This document shows, one piece after another, positions 19,621 through 30,465 of a stretch of DNA of 64,000 nucleotides (its first letter is position 1; each line of letters starts with the position of its first letter). Source of the DNA: an uncultured Thermoprotei archaeon (lineage in GTDB: Archaea; Thermoproteota; Thermoprotei; Thermofilales; B15-G2); the NCBI GenBank assembly GCA_965367815.1, contig CBDUKN010000006.1:1-64000 (forward strand). Reading direction: 5' to 3'. Made by a program: the position numbers and the translations under genes. A model generated the notes under the pieces. The model was not told the DNA's origin, made no database searches, and worked only from the letters and a program-made list of their open reading frames with translations.

Positions 19621-20109
19621 GTGATGAGTGAGTATACTACTGGTGCAAAAGCAGGGGCGCTTGCCGGAGCTATATCAACAATTATCTCTATTATATGGTC
19701 ATATTACGTGTCTAGCATGCTAATAGAAGAAGTGTTCAAACACATAGCAAATGTTTCTTCCGAGGCCTTAGGCATGGTTAAAGTATTCATGGCAATAGGT
19801 TTCATAATAGGTTACATAATTGATGTAGGAATCTGCGTAGTCGTAGGAATTTTGTGTACTAAGGTAATTGTTTCACTTAAGTATTCATGGCCTATTCAGG
19901 GCGTTATAGCAGCTATAATATTCTTTGTAATTAACCAAGTAATAGGGCTTGCCGGTTCTGCCTTCGGTTCATCTATTCAAAACATACCTCCAGAGCTAGT
20001 AGAGAAAATCGGTTATTTAACGCCAGTAAGCTATATTGTTTCACTAATATCGGCGCTAGTTTTCGGGCTAATCTACGCGTACTTTATGGCTAAATGGCTT
20101 AAACAGTAA
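19621..20109 (+). CDS. Four-TM membrane protein of unknown function
   Basis: GAKAGALAGAI start; four hydrophobic segments. Confidence 0.7.
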   Translation: MMSEYTTGAKAGALAGAISTIISIIWSYYVSSMLIEEVFKHIANVSSEALGMVKVFMAIGFIIGYIIDVGICVVVGILCTKVIVSLKYSWPIQGVIAAIIFFVINQVIGLAGSAFGSSIQNIPPELVEKIGYLTPVSYIVSLISALVFGLIYAYFMAKWLKQ

Positions 20110-20254
20110 GATTTTTCTATAAATGAGACTTCTTCAGAAATATTTTCATATATCTGCATAATCTAATCTTAGTTTGTTTTGTCTTAAGATAATCAATCAA
20201 CTAGTCCAGTTTACGAGGACATATTAGGAATTTGATTATGAAAAAATATTTATT

Positions 20255-21823
20255 TTGGGAAGTATTCTCGCTAGCAGTATGAAGAAACACTTAGCATTAC
20301 TATTAACTGTACTTTTTGTTGCGCTGATAGTTACCACCGAAGTTAAATGTAAAAATGATGAAGTATTTGAAGTAGGTGATTTACAGTGGATTAAAAGACC
20401 GTCTTATGTAGGAGATGTAGGTGTAATATCTTTTAAAGCTATATACATAGGTTCTGTCCGCTTACTCAGAGTTAAAGTAACATTTGAATCAAGAAATAAG
20501 AGTTTAATTGAAGTACTTTCATTACCTGCCGAGATTTCATCATGGAGTCCCGGCGAAATAAAAGAATTTAAAATAAGCTTTAAAGCAAAAAAGATTCCAT
20601 GTGATACATACGTAGGCATTACTTTTTCGTGGTCTAGGGAAGTGAGTGCCCAAGGATATGTTCCTTTACTTTCGGGCGGAGCTAAAACAGTTTCTCTCAA
20701 ATTGAGTATACGAGGGGAACCTTTAATACAGATAGATATCAGGCCTTCAAGACTTATTCAAGGGACACTAAATACTCTGAAGATAGTAGTAGTGAACAAC
20801 GGCATAGGTTCTGCTATGAATTTGCGAATAAGAGCTACTTTTGAAGGACTTACTTCAGTAACAAGCTTGCCTCTAGTAATATATATAGATAGGCTAAGTA
20901 AAGGAGACTTATTCGAAAAAAGCATTCAAGTAATACCCGTATCGGCAGTTCCAGTAATACATTTTAATATGGAGTACATCGATGAGTATGGAGAGCTTGT
21001 ATCCACAGGAGTGACGAAACAGCTATATGCAACAGCAGGAAGCTTGCTTTACCTAGTCCCAGAACCTTCGACTCTAATTTCAGGAAAATCATTTACAGTA
21101 AACATCAAAGTAGTTAATGGAGGAGAACTAAACCTATATAACTTAACTATACGCCTTATACCTTCATCAGTATTAATACTCAATACTACGCTACTTGAAA
21201 TAAGAGAGCTCAAAGCGCTTTCTAAGGCTTCTATACCACTACATATAATAGTCCCGGAAGGTGTTTCGGGGCCTCAAGTAATAAGCTATGAGATTATGTA
21301 TAGAACGAGTGAAGGAAGTATTGGAAGAGAGCCAGGAGAACTAGTATTTAATGTTTTATCTAAACCTGTACTGAAGATAATATCTTTCGACGCTGTACCA
21401 AGTAATCCCAAAGTCAATAAAACTTTGACAGTATCTCTAACAATACTTAACACCGGCAGTAGTGTAGCAAATAATCTTAATGTAAGTATAAGTACTCCCA
21501 AAGGAATAAAAGTAATTAGAAGAAGTAGCATGTTTATAGGAAGACTTGAGCCCCAAGTACCTTCAAGCGCAGCTTTCTCTCTCTTACCTAGTGAGGCAGG
21601 AACATTCACTCTAACTTTTACAATAGAGTATACTGACATTTACGGTAAAGTATACATTGTAGAAAAATCTTATACTATTGAAGTGGAGGAAGAAAAAGGC
21701 TCACTAATTACAGCTGAAAGCTCTGCTATCAAAAATATGTTTTATATTGCACTGGCTGCCTTGATAGCGGTAATAGCGATTGTAATACTGCTTATAAAGA
21801 AGTACGGGGTCAGGAGGAAATGA
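20255..21823 (+). CDS. COG1361-type S-layer/CARDB-repeat surface protein
   Basis: Signal peptide, repeated N.G...A.N Ig-like units with Y.D.YG, C-terminal TM; overlaps the permease gene. Confidence 0.82.
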   Translation: MGSILASSMKKHLALLLTVLFVALIVTTEVKCKNDEVFEVGDLQWIKRPSYVGDVGVISFKAIYIGSVRLLRVKVTFESRNKSLIEVLSLPAEISSWSPGEIKEFKISFKAKKIPCDTYVGITFSWSREVSAQGYVPLLSGGAKTVSLKLSIRGEPLIQIDIRPSRLIQGTLNTLKIVVVNNGIGSAMNLRIRATFEGLTSVTSLPLVIYIDRLSKGDLFEKSIQVIPVSAVPVIHFNMEYIDEYGELVSTGVTKQLYATAGSLLYLVPEPSTLISGKSFTVNIKVVNGGELNLYNLTIRLIPSSVLILNTTLLEIRELKALSKASIPLHIIVPEGVSGPQVISYEIMYRTSEGSIGREPGELVFNVLSKPVLKIISFDAVPSNPKVNKTLTVSLTILNTGSSVANNLNVSISTPKGIKVIRRSSMFIGRLEPQVPSSAAFSLLPSEAGTFTLTFTIEYTDIYGKVYIVEKSYTIEVEEEKGSLITAESSAIKNMFYIALAALIAVIAIVILLIKKYGVRRK

Positions 21824-22992
21824 AACTAATAGATTATTTCTCGCTAGCCTTCGATGGAATTAAGGAAAGGAAGGGTAGGAGTATCGGGGCAGTTGCAGGA
21901 ATAGTTATAGCGGTCATAGCACTTGCGCTAGCTCTAGGTATAGGCGAGGCATTTAGAGTAAGGTTCTATGAGACTTTAAAGAGAGCGCTTGGCTCTGATG
22001 TAATTTATGTTCTACCTTCAGAGCACTTAACTGAATCAGACATAATGATACTTTCATCGCTGCCTGATGTAAAGCACGTTGTTCCTATAGTAGGTACTAC
22101 TGTAGTACTTAAAGCGGGGACTCTTGAAAGAACAGTAATGGTTTACGGTATTAGACCCGAGTATTTGAAGTTCATAGTAGGCGTAGAAAGAGTAGAAGAT
22201 GCTATTGAAGAAGGTTCAGCAGAGCTAGTAGGCTTAAATATTGTAGTAGGCGAGTTCCTAGCGTACGACTACTTGACTCAAACAAAGTTGATTGAGATAG
22301 GACAGCAGGTAATATTACGGGGACCTAAAAGAACATCAGTAGCTATCGTGACAGGAATACTGAAGCCTGCAGCTGGACCTGGAGCCGCATTTATTAATAC
22401 AAGGTCTTCGGTATTTATCAACTTAGATACATTTTTTAGACTTTTCAGAAAAGACATGACATATGATTTGGCTATAGTACAAGTAAAGGACATCAATAAG
22501 ATAGAAGAGACAGTAGACTTGATTAAAGCATATCTTCCACAATCAGAAGTTCTTAGCCTCAAGTTTGCTTTAGAGCAGTTTGGAGTCTTTATAAACTCTG
22601 TTCAATTATTCCTCGGAATAATCTCAGGAATAGGTCTTTTTATTACAGGTCTCTGGATATTCGACACCATGACGATAAATGTTGTACAGCGAACTAGAGA
22701 AATAGGCATAATGAAGGCTCTGGGCTTCAAGAAGAAACAGATAATGTTTCTCTTTCTCTCCGAGGCTATAGCAATTACGATAATTGGAGTAGCTGTGGGA
22801 GCAGTGCTCACAATAGCTTTGTCAAATATAGTAGGAATACCTATGTTCGGCATGATGATTAAGCCTAAAATAACACCCGAAATTCTTTTCTTAATCACAG
22901 TAACACCTATACTCACAAATACGGTGGCTACTCTTGCTCCAGCTTATAAAGCATCTAAACTTGATCCGGTGGAGGCGCTGAGATATGAGTAA
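21820..22992 (+). CDS. ABC permease, MacB/FtsX family
   Basis: RTREIGIMKALG, PAYKASKLDPVEALRYE. Confidence 0.92.
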   Translation: MKLIDYFSLAFDGIKERKGRSIGAVAGIVIAVIALALALGIGEAFRVRFYETLKRALGSDVIYVLPSEHLTESDIMILSSLPDVKHVVPIVGTTVVLKAGTLERTVMVYGIRPEYLKFIVGVERVEDAIEEGSAELVGLNIVVGEFLAYDYLTQTKLIEIGQQVILRGPKRTSVAIVTGILKPAAGPGAAFINTRSSVFINLDTFFRLFRKDMTYDLAIVQVKDINKIEETVDLIKAYLPQSEVLSLKFALEQFGVFINSVQLFLGIISGIGLFITGLWIFDTMTINVVQRTREIGIMKALGFKKKQIMFLFLSEAIAITIIGVAVGAVLTIALSNIVGIPMFGMMIKPKITPEILFLITVTPILTNTVATLAPAYKASKLDPVEALRYE

Positions 22993-23734
22993 CATAATTC
23001 GTGTAGTAAATGTAACAAAGCTCTACAAAACGGGTGAAAGCGAAGTATGGGCACTCAAAGGAGTTTCACTAGAAGTAAAGGAAAAAGAATTCATGGCTAT
23101 AGTAGGTCCAAGCGGGTCAGGAAAATCTACTCTGCTTTACATTATAGGCGGTTTAATTAGACCTACTTCAGGCAAAGTCTATGTCAGGGGCATCGATATA
23201 ACTGAAATGAGTGACGATGAGTTAAGCGAATTTAGGCATAGGAATATAGGCTTTGTTTTTCAAATGTATCACTTAATACCGCGCATGACTGCCTTGAAGA
23301 ATGTTATGCTTCCATTAAAGCTGAGAGGAATCTCAGGAACTGAAGCTAGAAAGAGGGCTCTAAAGGCATTAGAACTGGTAGGCTTAAAGCACAGAGCAAA
23401 CCATAGGCCTGCGCAGCTTAGTGGAGGAGAACAACAGAGAGTATCTATAGCTAGAGCAATAGTAACTGAACCCAAAATAATTCTCGCAGATGAGCCTACA
23501 GGAAACGTAGATAGGAAGAGCACTATTCAAATAATGGACTTATTTAAAAAGCTCAACAAAGACCTTGGAGTAACAATAGTTATGGTAACACATAACTTAG
23601 AGCTTGTTCACTACTGCCACAGAGCAGCAAGACTTCTAGATGGGAGAATAGCTAAAATATATACTCCAAGCGAGTATCGTAAGCTGGCAGAAGACATGAC
23701 TGGAGCAGTACAGGCAGAAGCTCCAGTAGTCTAG
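22985..23734 (+). CDS. ABC ATP-binding protein, LolD/MacB type
   Basis: GPSGSGKST, GFVFQ, LSGGEQQRV, ADEPTGN, VTH. Confidence 0.95.
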   Translation: MSNIIRVVNVTKLYKTGESEVWALKGVSLEVKEKEFMAIVGPSGSGKSTLLYIIGGLIRPTSGKVYVRGIDITEMSDDELSEFRHRNIGFVFQMYHLIPRMTALKNVMLPLKLRGISGTEARKRALKALELVGLKHRANHRPAQLSGGEQQRVSIARAIVTEPKIILADEPTGNVDRKSTIQIMDLFKKLNKDLGVTIVMVTHNLELVHYCHRAARLLDGRIAKIYTPSEYRKLAEDMTGAVQAEAPVV

Positions 23735-23778
23735 TTAGCTAGTAACAGTTATTACTCTGTTTTAGGTAAATGTAGTGA

Positions 23779-23830
23779 ATGATGATCCTCGATCCCCTTG
23801 AATGGTGATAGACCCAGCGGGGTTTGCTGA
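23779..23830 (+). ncRNA. Candidate archaeal C/D box guide sRNA
   Basis: Intergenic 52-nt unit: C box ATGATGA (23779-85), 12-nt guide TCCTCGATCCCC, D' TTGA, C'-like ATGGTGA, second guide, D box CTGA (23827-30), then a T-run. GC-richer than its flanks. Confidence 0.62.
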
Positions 23831-23892
23831 CCTCTTTTAACTCAACAGAAAACTAATTATCTTGTAGATCCAAGCTTATAGGAGGTGATAGT

Positions 23893-24800
23893 TTGAAAAA
23901 GTACTGTTTCTTAGTCTTAATGATGATAGCTGTACTTGGATTAGTTCTACTCAAGTTTCTTCCTGTAAGAAATCACTGCAGTTGTTCTAATGAAGAGCTC
24001 TGCGGCTGCTGTTAATTAACTGACGTTAATGTAAGCAAAATTGCTGGGAGAAAATTCGCGGTCTTAGTGATTGAATTCGAGGAAGGTATTTCTAAAAAGA
24101 TATTATTGAGCTTAAGAAATCATGTAAGCTTGTTCTAGCGTACATAAACTTCGGTTACGCTGAAAACTGGAGAGACTACTGGAGTGAAATAGTAAATGAG
24201 AACTGGGGTACATGAACCTACAGAATACGAGGAAGAATATTTCGTCGAATTTTGGCCAGAAAGTGGCTTCAAGTAATTCTAGCAAAAGTAGAGAAAGCAT
24301 ATGAAATGGGCTTTGATGGAGTCTACTTAGATAATATTGATGCCCGTATTGTAATAAGCGAGCTAGACTTAGGCTGGGCGAAGAACTTGAATTTAACAAA
24401 ACTCATGGTCGAGGCATTATACAGGCTCTCGACTTTAGTTAAAGAGAAGTACGGAAAGAGTTTCAAAGTATACGTGAATATAGGGTCTGCTGTAGAGCTT
24501 TTAGCTGAAGAAAAGTTCCTAGCGTCTATTGACGGTGTTTTAAGAGAAGAAGTGTGGTATACTATTAAAAACGGAAAGTGCGTTAAAGTAGATCCAAGAG
24601 AAACAAAGTATGTTTTAAAGTACTTGCGCGAGGCTAGGCTCAAAGGCAAGACAGTTATTGTAGCAGATTTTCTTGAAAATAAAGAGATGACTGAAGATTT
24701 CTGCAGCCTATGCTGGTACTACGGATTCATACCAGTACCCCAGCCAGCATAGGCTGCCGACTATAGCGAACCTCCTCCAGTGGAATGGTGTGATCCTTAG
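23893..24800 (+). pseudogene. Disrupted endo-alpha-1,4-polygalactosaminidase (GH114, MJ1477/TM1410-like)
   Basis: GGAGGTGA RBS, signal peptide, in-frame TAA near 24013, then LAYINFGYAENWRDYW, two frameshifts (about 24205 and 24255), GFDGVYLDNID, IDGVLREE, premature TAG 24750. Confidence 0.8.
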
Positions 24801-24885
24801 AGAATATACTATTAGAGTACTGTTTTACTAGGAGATATGTTAATGAAGGACAAGACTTTTATAATTATTTTAATGAATTTGAGCT

Positions 24886-26010
24886 GTGGACAAAGTAGAG
24901 CTTATCGCTAAGCCTCCTGCCGAAGAAGTATTAACCATTGAGCGTTTAAAACAGTACATTGAGGAAGGAATTAAGCTAAAACACTACATAGGCTTTGAAA
25001 TATCAGGTTTTGTACACTTAGGCACGGGACTCATTTGTATGCAGAAAGTAGCTGATTTCCAGAAAGCAGGAGTCGAGACAATAGTTTTCCTAGCAGACTA
25101 TCATTCTTGGATAAATAAGAAGCTTAGTGGAGACCTAGACACTATCAGAAAAGTTGCCGGAGGATACTTTAAGGAAGCACTCAAAATGTCTCTTAAAGCA
25201 GTTGGCGGAGACCCAGATAAAGTCAAGTTCATTTTAGGCTCAGAGTTCTACGAGAAGCTAGGAGTAAAGTACCTTGAGAACGTCATTAGAGTATCTAAGA
25301 GAACCACTCTATCTAGAGTAAGAAGGTCTATAACAATAATGGGTAGAAAGCAAGTAGAGCAACTCGACTTCGCCCAATTACTCTATGTCCCAATGCAGGT
25401 AGCAGACATCTTCAGCCTAGGAGTAAACTTAGCTCATGGAGGAACAGACCAGCGCAAAGCACATGTTATAGCAATAGACATAGGCGAAAAAGAATTCGGA
25501 TACAAGCCAATAGCAGTACACCACCATCTCTTAATGTGTCTTGATATACCTCCTGAAGCTAGACAAAAAATGCTAGAAGCAAAAAAGAAGGGTGACAGAG
25601 AACTTTTTGAAGAAACAGTACTAGACATTAAAATGTCTAAATCAAAGCCTAAGGGAGCAATATTTATACACGACACACCAGAAGAAATTAGAGCTAAAAT
25701 AAAGAAAGCATATTGCCCTATGTGTGAAACAGAGCTAAATCCTGTTCTGGAATTAACAAAATACATAATCTTTTACAATAGAACAGAGCCTTTTGAAGTA
25801 GTAAACAAGAAAACAGGAGAAGTAAAAATATTCAACACTTACGAAGAACTAGAACAAGCATACAGCCGAAGAGAAGTACATCCAGCTGACTTAAAAGCAG
25901 CAGTAGCAGAAGAATTAATTAAAATACTAGACCCTATAATCAAGCACTTCAGAGAAGGGCCTGGCAAAAAGTATTTAGAAGAAATGAAGCATATAACAAT
26001 TACTCGATAA
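24886..26010 (+). CDS. tyrS: Tyrosine--tRNA ligase (archaeal type)
   Basis: [51 protein letters not shown]. Confidence 0.95.
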   Translation: MDKVELIAKPPAEEVLTIERLKQYIEEGIKLKHYIGFEISGFVHLGTGLICMQKVADFQKAGVETIVFLADYHSWINKKLSGDLDTIRKVAGGYFKEALKMSLKAVGGDPDKVKFILGSEFYEKLGVKYLENVIRVSKRTTLSRVRRSITIMGRKQVEQLDFAQLLYVPMQVADIFSLGVNLAHGGTDQRKAHVIAIDIGEKEFGYKPIAVHHHLLMCLDIPPEARQKMLEAKKKGDRELFEETVLDIKMSKSKPKGAIFIHDTPEEIRAKIKKAYCPMCETELNPVLELTKYIIFYNRTEPFEVVNKKTGEVKIFNTYEELEQAYSRREVHPADLKAAVAEELIKILDPIIKHFREGPGKKYLEEMKHITITR

Positions 26011-26114
26011 TTACTTGAAGCAGTGCTGCTAACTAAATATTACTGCTATCTGATATCGAAAATTATATACATTAAAATAAAGTATTTGGATTGAATATAC
26101 TTTAATTAAAGTTT

Positions 26115-26918
26115 CTATCTTCTCAAAGAAAATATAAGTAGAGCAACTAGCATAACAACAGATGCTATAGCTAAAATTCCTGGGTGAACGAAGTGACTAC
26201 AGCAAATATTGTAGTAAATTATTTCGAAAACAACTAGCGCTAATACTAAGGGAACTGCTGCAAGAAACACTTCAATAATTTTAATCATTGTCAATACGTA
26301 TTCTTTCTTTCTGCGATCTTCTAGTAAAGGAGCTCCTCTAGCCGATAAGAGCACTGCTGAAAGAGAGTATACTGTAGCAAAAGATAAAATTAAGAAAAAT
26401 ACGGTAAAACCGCTCTTACTCATAAAGTAGTCAGGGTCACCTTGTACATTAAAGTGTACAGCTAAAACTTCAGGTAAAGTGGGGTAAAAGAGACATAGAC
26501 ATAAGGCTACTATAGTCAATAAAACAAACGCTACGACTACAGCTCTGAGACTAGCTTTAATTACTGGTAATACTTTAACGGGCTTGTCTCCTCCCTCTTC
26601 TTTACCAGTCTCCCTTTCTAGTATTAAAGACGAGTACAGTGAAAGCGAGCCTACTATGGTAGTCAGCGAGACTACAGCAAACATAATAGCGCAAACTCCG
26701 CTAAGTGTAAAAGAAAGTATAAGTGAAATTAAGCCTACTGCTGTTGCTGCGGCTCCTGCTAGCCTATTTATTTTCCTCCACACTCTACGCGAAGCTAGCG
26801 TCGAGGGAAGCCTGAATCCAAGGAAAACATTTGGCTCTATTCTCGAGGCAGCGATCAGCGAGACTATACCAGTAGCTATGATTACGAGTGAAAATATTTC
26901 GGCAAATAGGTCTATCAT
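26115..26918 (-). CDS. SdpI-family/DUF1648 membrane protein
   Basis: PNVFLGFRLP.TL....W.K.NR.AG (SdpI) fused to YPTLP..LAVHFN.QG.PD (DUF1648). Confidence 0.85.
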   Translation of the reverse strand: MIDLFAEIFSLVIIATGIVSLIAASRIEPNVFLGFRLPSTLASRRVWRKINRLAGAAATAVGLISLILSFTLSGVCAIMFAVVSLTTIVGSLSLYSSLILERETGKEEGGDKPVKVLPVIKASLRAVVVAFVLLTIVALCLCLFYPTLPEVLAVHFNVQGDPDYFMSKSGFTVFFLILSFATVYSLSAVLLSARGAPLLEDRRKKEYVLTMIKIIEVFLAAVPLVLALVVFEIIYYNICCSHFVHPGILAIASVVMLVALLIFSLRR

Positions 26919-27271
26919 AGTAGCTCACCTTTAATTTTTTCAAATACTTTAAGGAAATCTTCTACAAGGCTAAGTACTTCATTTAAACGCTTTTTTCCCT
27001 CTTCAGTAAGCTCATAGTATTTTCTAGGCACTCCTCCAGCTACTTCAGCCCAGTAAGACTTAACGAGCCCCTCTTTTTGAAGAGAATGCAGGAGCTCGTA
27101 TACAGTAGACTCACTTGGATTTAAAAAGCCTTGGCTAAGTTCTCTAATAATTTTTATTACTTTATACCCGTAGCAAGCGCCATATCTACTCAAGATCAAC
27201 ATAATAATTACAGTATAAAAGCCCGCCGAAAGCTCCTTCTTGATTTTTCTATAGAATTTTCCTCTAAACAT
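26915..27271 (-). CDS. PadR family transcriptional regulator
   Basis: YGY.VI, STVY.LL..L.KEGLV.S.W, PRKYYELTEEG. Confidence 0.92.
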   Translation of the reverse strand: MFRGKFYRKIKKELSAGFYTVIIMLILSRYGACYGYKVIKIIRELSQGFLNPSESTVYELLHSLQKEGLVKSYWAEVAGGVPRKYYELTEEGKKRLNEVLSLVEDFLKVFEKIKGELL

Positions 27272-27331
27272 CTAAATCTAGAATCGAATAGAAGCCAAAA
27301 TACTTAAATATTACGGAGTCCGATATACCTC

Positions 27332-28255
27332 GTGGTACGAGGTATTATTTTAGCTTTAAGTATTGCTTTTACTGCCTCTATTGCGTTATCGCTGATAACT
27401 TCAATATGGCCTAGCTATGCTCCACTCTTGTTTACTTTCCTCATGTTCATGCCTTTAGTAGGCGCTATAATAGCCTGTAAAGCGGAAGGAGATTCTCTTT
27501 TAAAGTACGGTTTAAGCGAGTTGAGCTTAAGAGACGTTAAGAGATCTTTTCCTGTAAAAATACTAGTGCTTATAGCTAAAGTCTACGGTAGTTCTTTTAC
27601 AAAGAAGCAGTATACTTTGATTGCGGTAGTATACGTATACATACTTTCTGCAATAAACTTTCTCCTATACTTCATAGTCTATGGAAGCCCGCCTTCGGTA
27701 AAAGAGGCAATAATGGCTTTAACAAGGGGTCTTGTGCCAGAAGAGCTAGTTCCGGTAGTAGTTGCAAGTATTGCTATAGGTGTCTTCATTAATGCTTTAA
27801 TAATTCTGCTTCCGGCGCTAGGTGAAGAAGCCTGCTGGAGAGGATATCTCTTAGATAAGTTTGAGGAAAAACTAGGATTTACTGCAGCAGCTATATTAGT
27901 CGGAGTAGTATGGGGTCTTTGGCACTCACCACTAATACTAATAGTAGGCTATGAGTACGGAGTAAAGTACCCGAACCCTAAGGCTCTTCTAGGTGTACTC
28001 GTTTTCACAGTATTTTGCGTAATACTAGGCTACTTTTTTGCATGGCTTCGCCGTAAATCAGGAACAGCTACTGTACCAGCTTTAGCGCATGCAACATATA
28101 ATGGGGGAGCCAGTTTGCTTATGGTAACTTACTGGAGTAGAGATATGTTTTACACTGGTGTAGTAGGAGTACCTGCTATAGTTTCGCTAATAATATTTTT
28201 GTTTTTACTGCAATTGGCTAGGGTAGTGTACAGAGGACTGCGTGAAAGTAGTTAG
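27332..28255 (+). CDS. CPBP/CAAX (Abi) intramembrane glutamic protease
   Basis: GEEACWRG, WGLWH, HATYN. Confidence 0.92.
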   Translation: MVRGIILALSIAFTASIALSLITSIWPSYAPLLFTFLMFMPLVGAIIACKAEGDSLLKYGLSELSLRDVKRSFPVKILVLIAKVYGSSFTKKQYTLIAVVYVYILSAINFLLYFIVYGSPPSVKEAIMALTRGLVPEELVPVVVASIAIGVFINALIILLPALGEEACWRGYLLDKFEEKLGFTAAAILVGVVWGLWHSPLILIVGYEYGVKYPNPKALLGVLVFTVFCVILGYFFAWLRRKSGTATVPALAHATYNGGASLLMVTYWSRDMFYTGVVGVPAIVSLIIFLFLLQLARVVYRGLRESS

Positions 28256-29025
28256 TCTTTGAGAACTAATTTAAAGCCTAGAGACCCCCACGCTACAGTT
28301 GAATCTATTTTAAAACCAAGTTTTTTGTAAACTGCTATAGCTGGCTTATTTTCTGTACTGACCCATAAACATGCTGTTCTCGTTTTCTCAAACGCTTTTT
28401 GAACTAAAAGCGATGTAATGGTTTTTCCGTATCCTCTGCCTCTATATTTTTTGTCAACATAGATTGAGCCAAGCATATAGACTTCTGGCTCAGCTACGCG
28501 GTAGCCGCCGAAAGCTACAGGAGTCTCTTTGTATTTAAACAAGTAGCCTTCCAGTAGCTCCTCTATTCTATCTCTAACGTACTTCCAGTCTTCTGGTACG
28601 CTTTCTGGAACACAGTCTACTCTCTCTAACGTGCAGTTCGGAAGTGTAAATGGCTTAAAGTGCTCTGGTTTAACTGACATTGAGTAGAAATAGTACTTAG
28701 ATTCTAGTTTCAGTACTTTGTCAAGTAGAGGTTCGTAGCTTATGTCTATGAAAACTAGCGCTTTACTGTAGTTTTCTTTAACATAGTTTAATAGAGCTTC
28801 AGCTGCCTCAAAACTAAAGGGGCGGATGTCTAGTATCGTGTCTCCATTGTCTTTATACTCTACCAGAAAGCCCTTTACTTCACTGTCCGAAACCGCTACA
28901 TAGACTTTAGTGCGATCCTTTTGGTTCCTTATATCGTGTATAACAAAGGAATACAGTTCAGGTTTTTCTAAAGCTTTATTCAGACATATTTCTGTATAGC
29001 GGAAGTTTGCTTGAACAATATTCAT
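28252..29025 (-). CDS. GNAT acetyltransferase
   Basis: YVDKKYRGRGYG, N.PAIAVYKKLGF. Confidence 0.88.
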   Translation of the reverse strand: MNIVQANFRYTEICLNKALEKPELYSFVIHDIRNQKDRTKVYVAVSDSEVKGFLVEYKDNGDTILDIRPFSFEAAEALLNYVKENYSKALVFIDISYEPLLDKVLKLESKYYFYSMSVKPEHFKPFTLPNCTLERVDCVPESVPEDWKYVRDRIEELLEGYLFKYKETPVAFGGYRVAEPEVYMLGSIYVDKKYRGRGYGKTITSLLVQKAFEKTRTACLWVSTENKPAIAVYKKLGFKIDSTVAWGSLGFKLVLKD

Positions 29026-29100
29026 TCTCTAAGCTAAAGGGCTCTGAGACTTATATTTATTCAAATTAAGGCTTATTTTTCTTCATGTAGATATTTCTCC

Positions 29101-30429
29101 ATGGAAATTAAAATCGATGAAGTAGCGTGTTTTCTCAGCAAATTAATTAAAATAAATACTTCTAATCCTCCTGGCAACGAGACTCCTGCAGCTAAGTTAG
29201 TTGCAGAGAAGCTTTCCGAATACGGTATTGAAGCACAAGTTATTGAAAGTGAGCCAAATAGAGGAAACGTTGTAGCTTCTGTTGAAAGTGGTGAGCCAGG
29301 ACCTACGCTACTACTTTTATCTCACTTAGATGTTGTTCCAGCAGACCCGAGGGAGTGGAAAGTAGACCCTTTTGGCGGTGTCATTAAAGATGGGTGTGTA
29401 TGGGGTCGTGGTGCACTCGACTGCAAGGGAGCTGCAGTAATGGAGCTATATGTCTTCTTAAAGCTTGTTCACGAAAAGAAGTTTAAAGGGAAACTTATCT
29501 ATGCTTCGACAGCCGACGAAGAAATGGGCGGTGCTAAGGGAGCAGGATGGCTTGTCGAAAATAGGCCTGAGTTAGTTAAAGCAGACTATGTAGTGAATGA
29601 AGGCGGAGGCTACGCTATACCAGTAGGAAACGGGTATGTTTTTACTATACAGACTGCAGAGAAAGGCGTCTACTGGTTTAAATTAAAATTCAAGGGAGAG
29701 CCTGGTCACGGCAGTATACCTGGCGTAGGAGTAAACGCTATAGTCAAGGCGGCTGAAGCAGTCAAAAAGATAGCTGAGTTAGACACACCTATTGTTCCTA
29801 CAGAACACGCCTCAATATTTATTAGAAAGATGACTGAAGCTATGGGAAAACCTTACTTAGCTAAAATTCTGCTGAATCCTACTCTCGGAAAATATGCTTT
29901 AAAGAAAATAGAGGACAAAAGCCAGAGAGCATTCATAGCAACACTTCTGAAAAATACTTTAGCACCGACTATAATTAAAGGCGGGTACAAGGAGAACATT
30001 ATTCCGTCTGAATGCGAGCTGACGATAGACTGTCGTCTTCTACCAGGTTTTACGGAAAACTGGATTAAAGAAACATTGAAGAAAATTCTAGGTGAAGATG
30101 GCTACACTATAGAATTCATTAAAAGAGATCCGGCATCAGAGTCTCCAATAAATACGCCTCTATTCGCTGCTGCAGAAAAAGTACTAACTAAAGAATTACC
30201 TAGTTCTCTTGTTTCAGCTTACATGGTTCCAGGCGGAACTGACTCGCGGTTCTTCCGCTGGAAATTCAAGAGCGTAGCTTACGGCTACATCCCAATGCCT
30301 CCTGAACTATCTTTCAGCGAGCTTCTCAAAATGGTTCACGGTGTAAATGAACGTATTCCACTTAAGGTACTTGAGAAAGGCATAGACCTGCTGTATAAGA
30401 CACTAGTTGAATTCTACAAGCTAGCTTGA
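29101..30429 (+). CDS. M20/M25/M40 metallopeptidase/deacylase
   Basis: NPPGNE, SHLDVV, WGRGALDCKG, DEE, GGTD, HG.NE. Confidence 0.92.
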   Translation: MEIKIDEVACFLSKLIKINTSNPPGNETPAAKLVAEKLSEYGIEAQVIESEPNRGNVVASVESGEPGPTLLLLSHLDVVPADPREWKVDPFGGVIKDGCVWGRGALDCKGAAVMELYVFLKLVHEKKFKGKLIYASTADEEMGGAKGAGWLVENRPELVKADYVVNEGGGYAIPVGNGYVFTIQTAEKGVYWFKLKFKGEPGHGSIPGVGVNAIVKAAEAVKKIAELDTPIVPTEHASIFIRKMTEAMGKPYLAKILLNPTLGKYALKKIEDKSQRAFIATLLKNTLAPTIIKGGYKENIIPSECELTIDCRLLPGFTENWIKETLKKILGEDGYTIEFIKRDPASESPINTPLFAAAEKVLTKELPSSLVSAYMVPGGTDSRFFRWKFKSVAYGYIPMPPELSFSELLKMVHGVNERIPLKVLEKGIDLLYKTLVEFYKLA

Positions 30430-30465
30430 GTCATTTTTAAATATTTTTGACGTAAAATATGTTAC

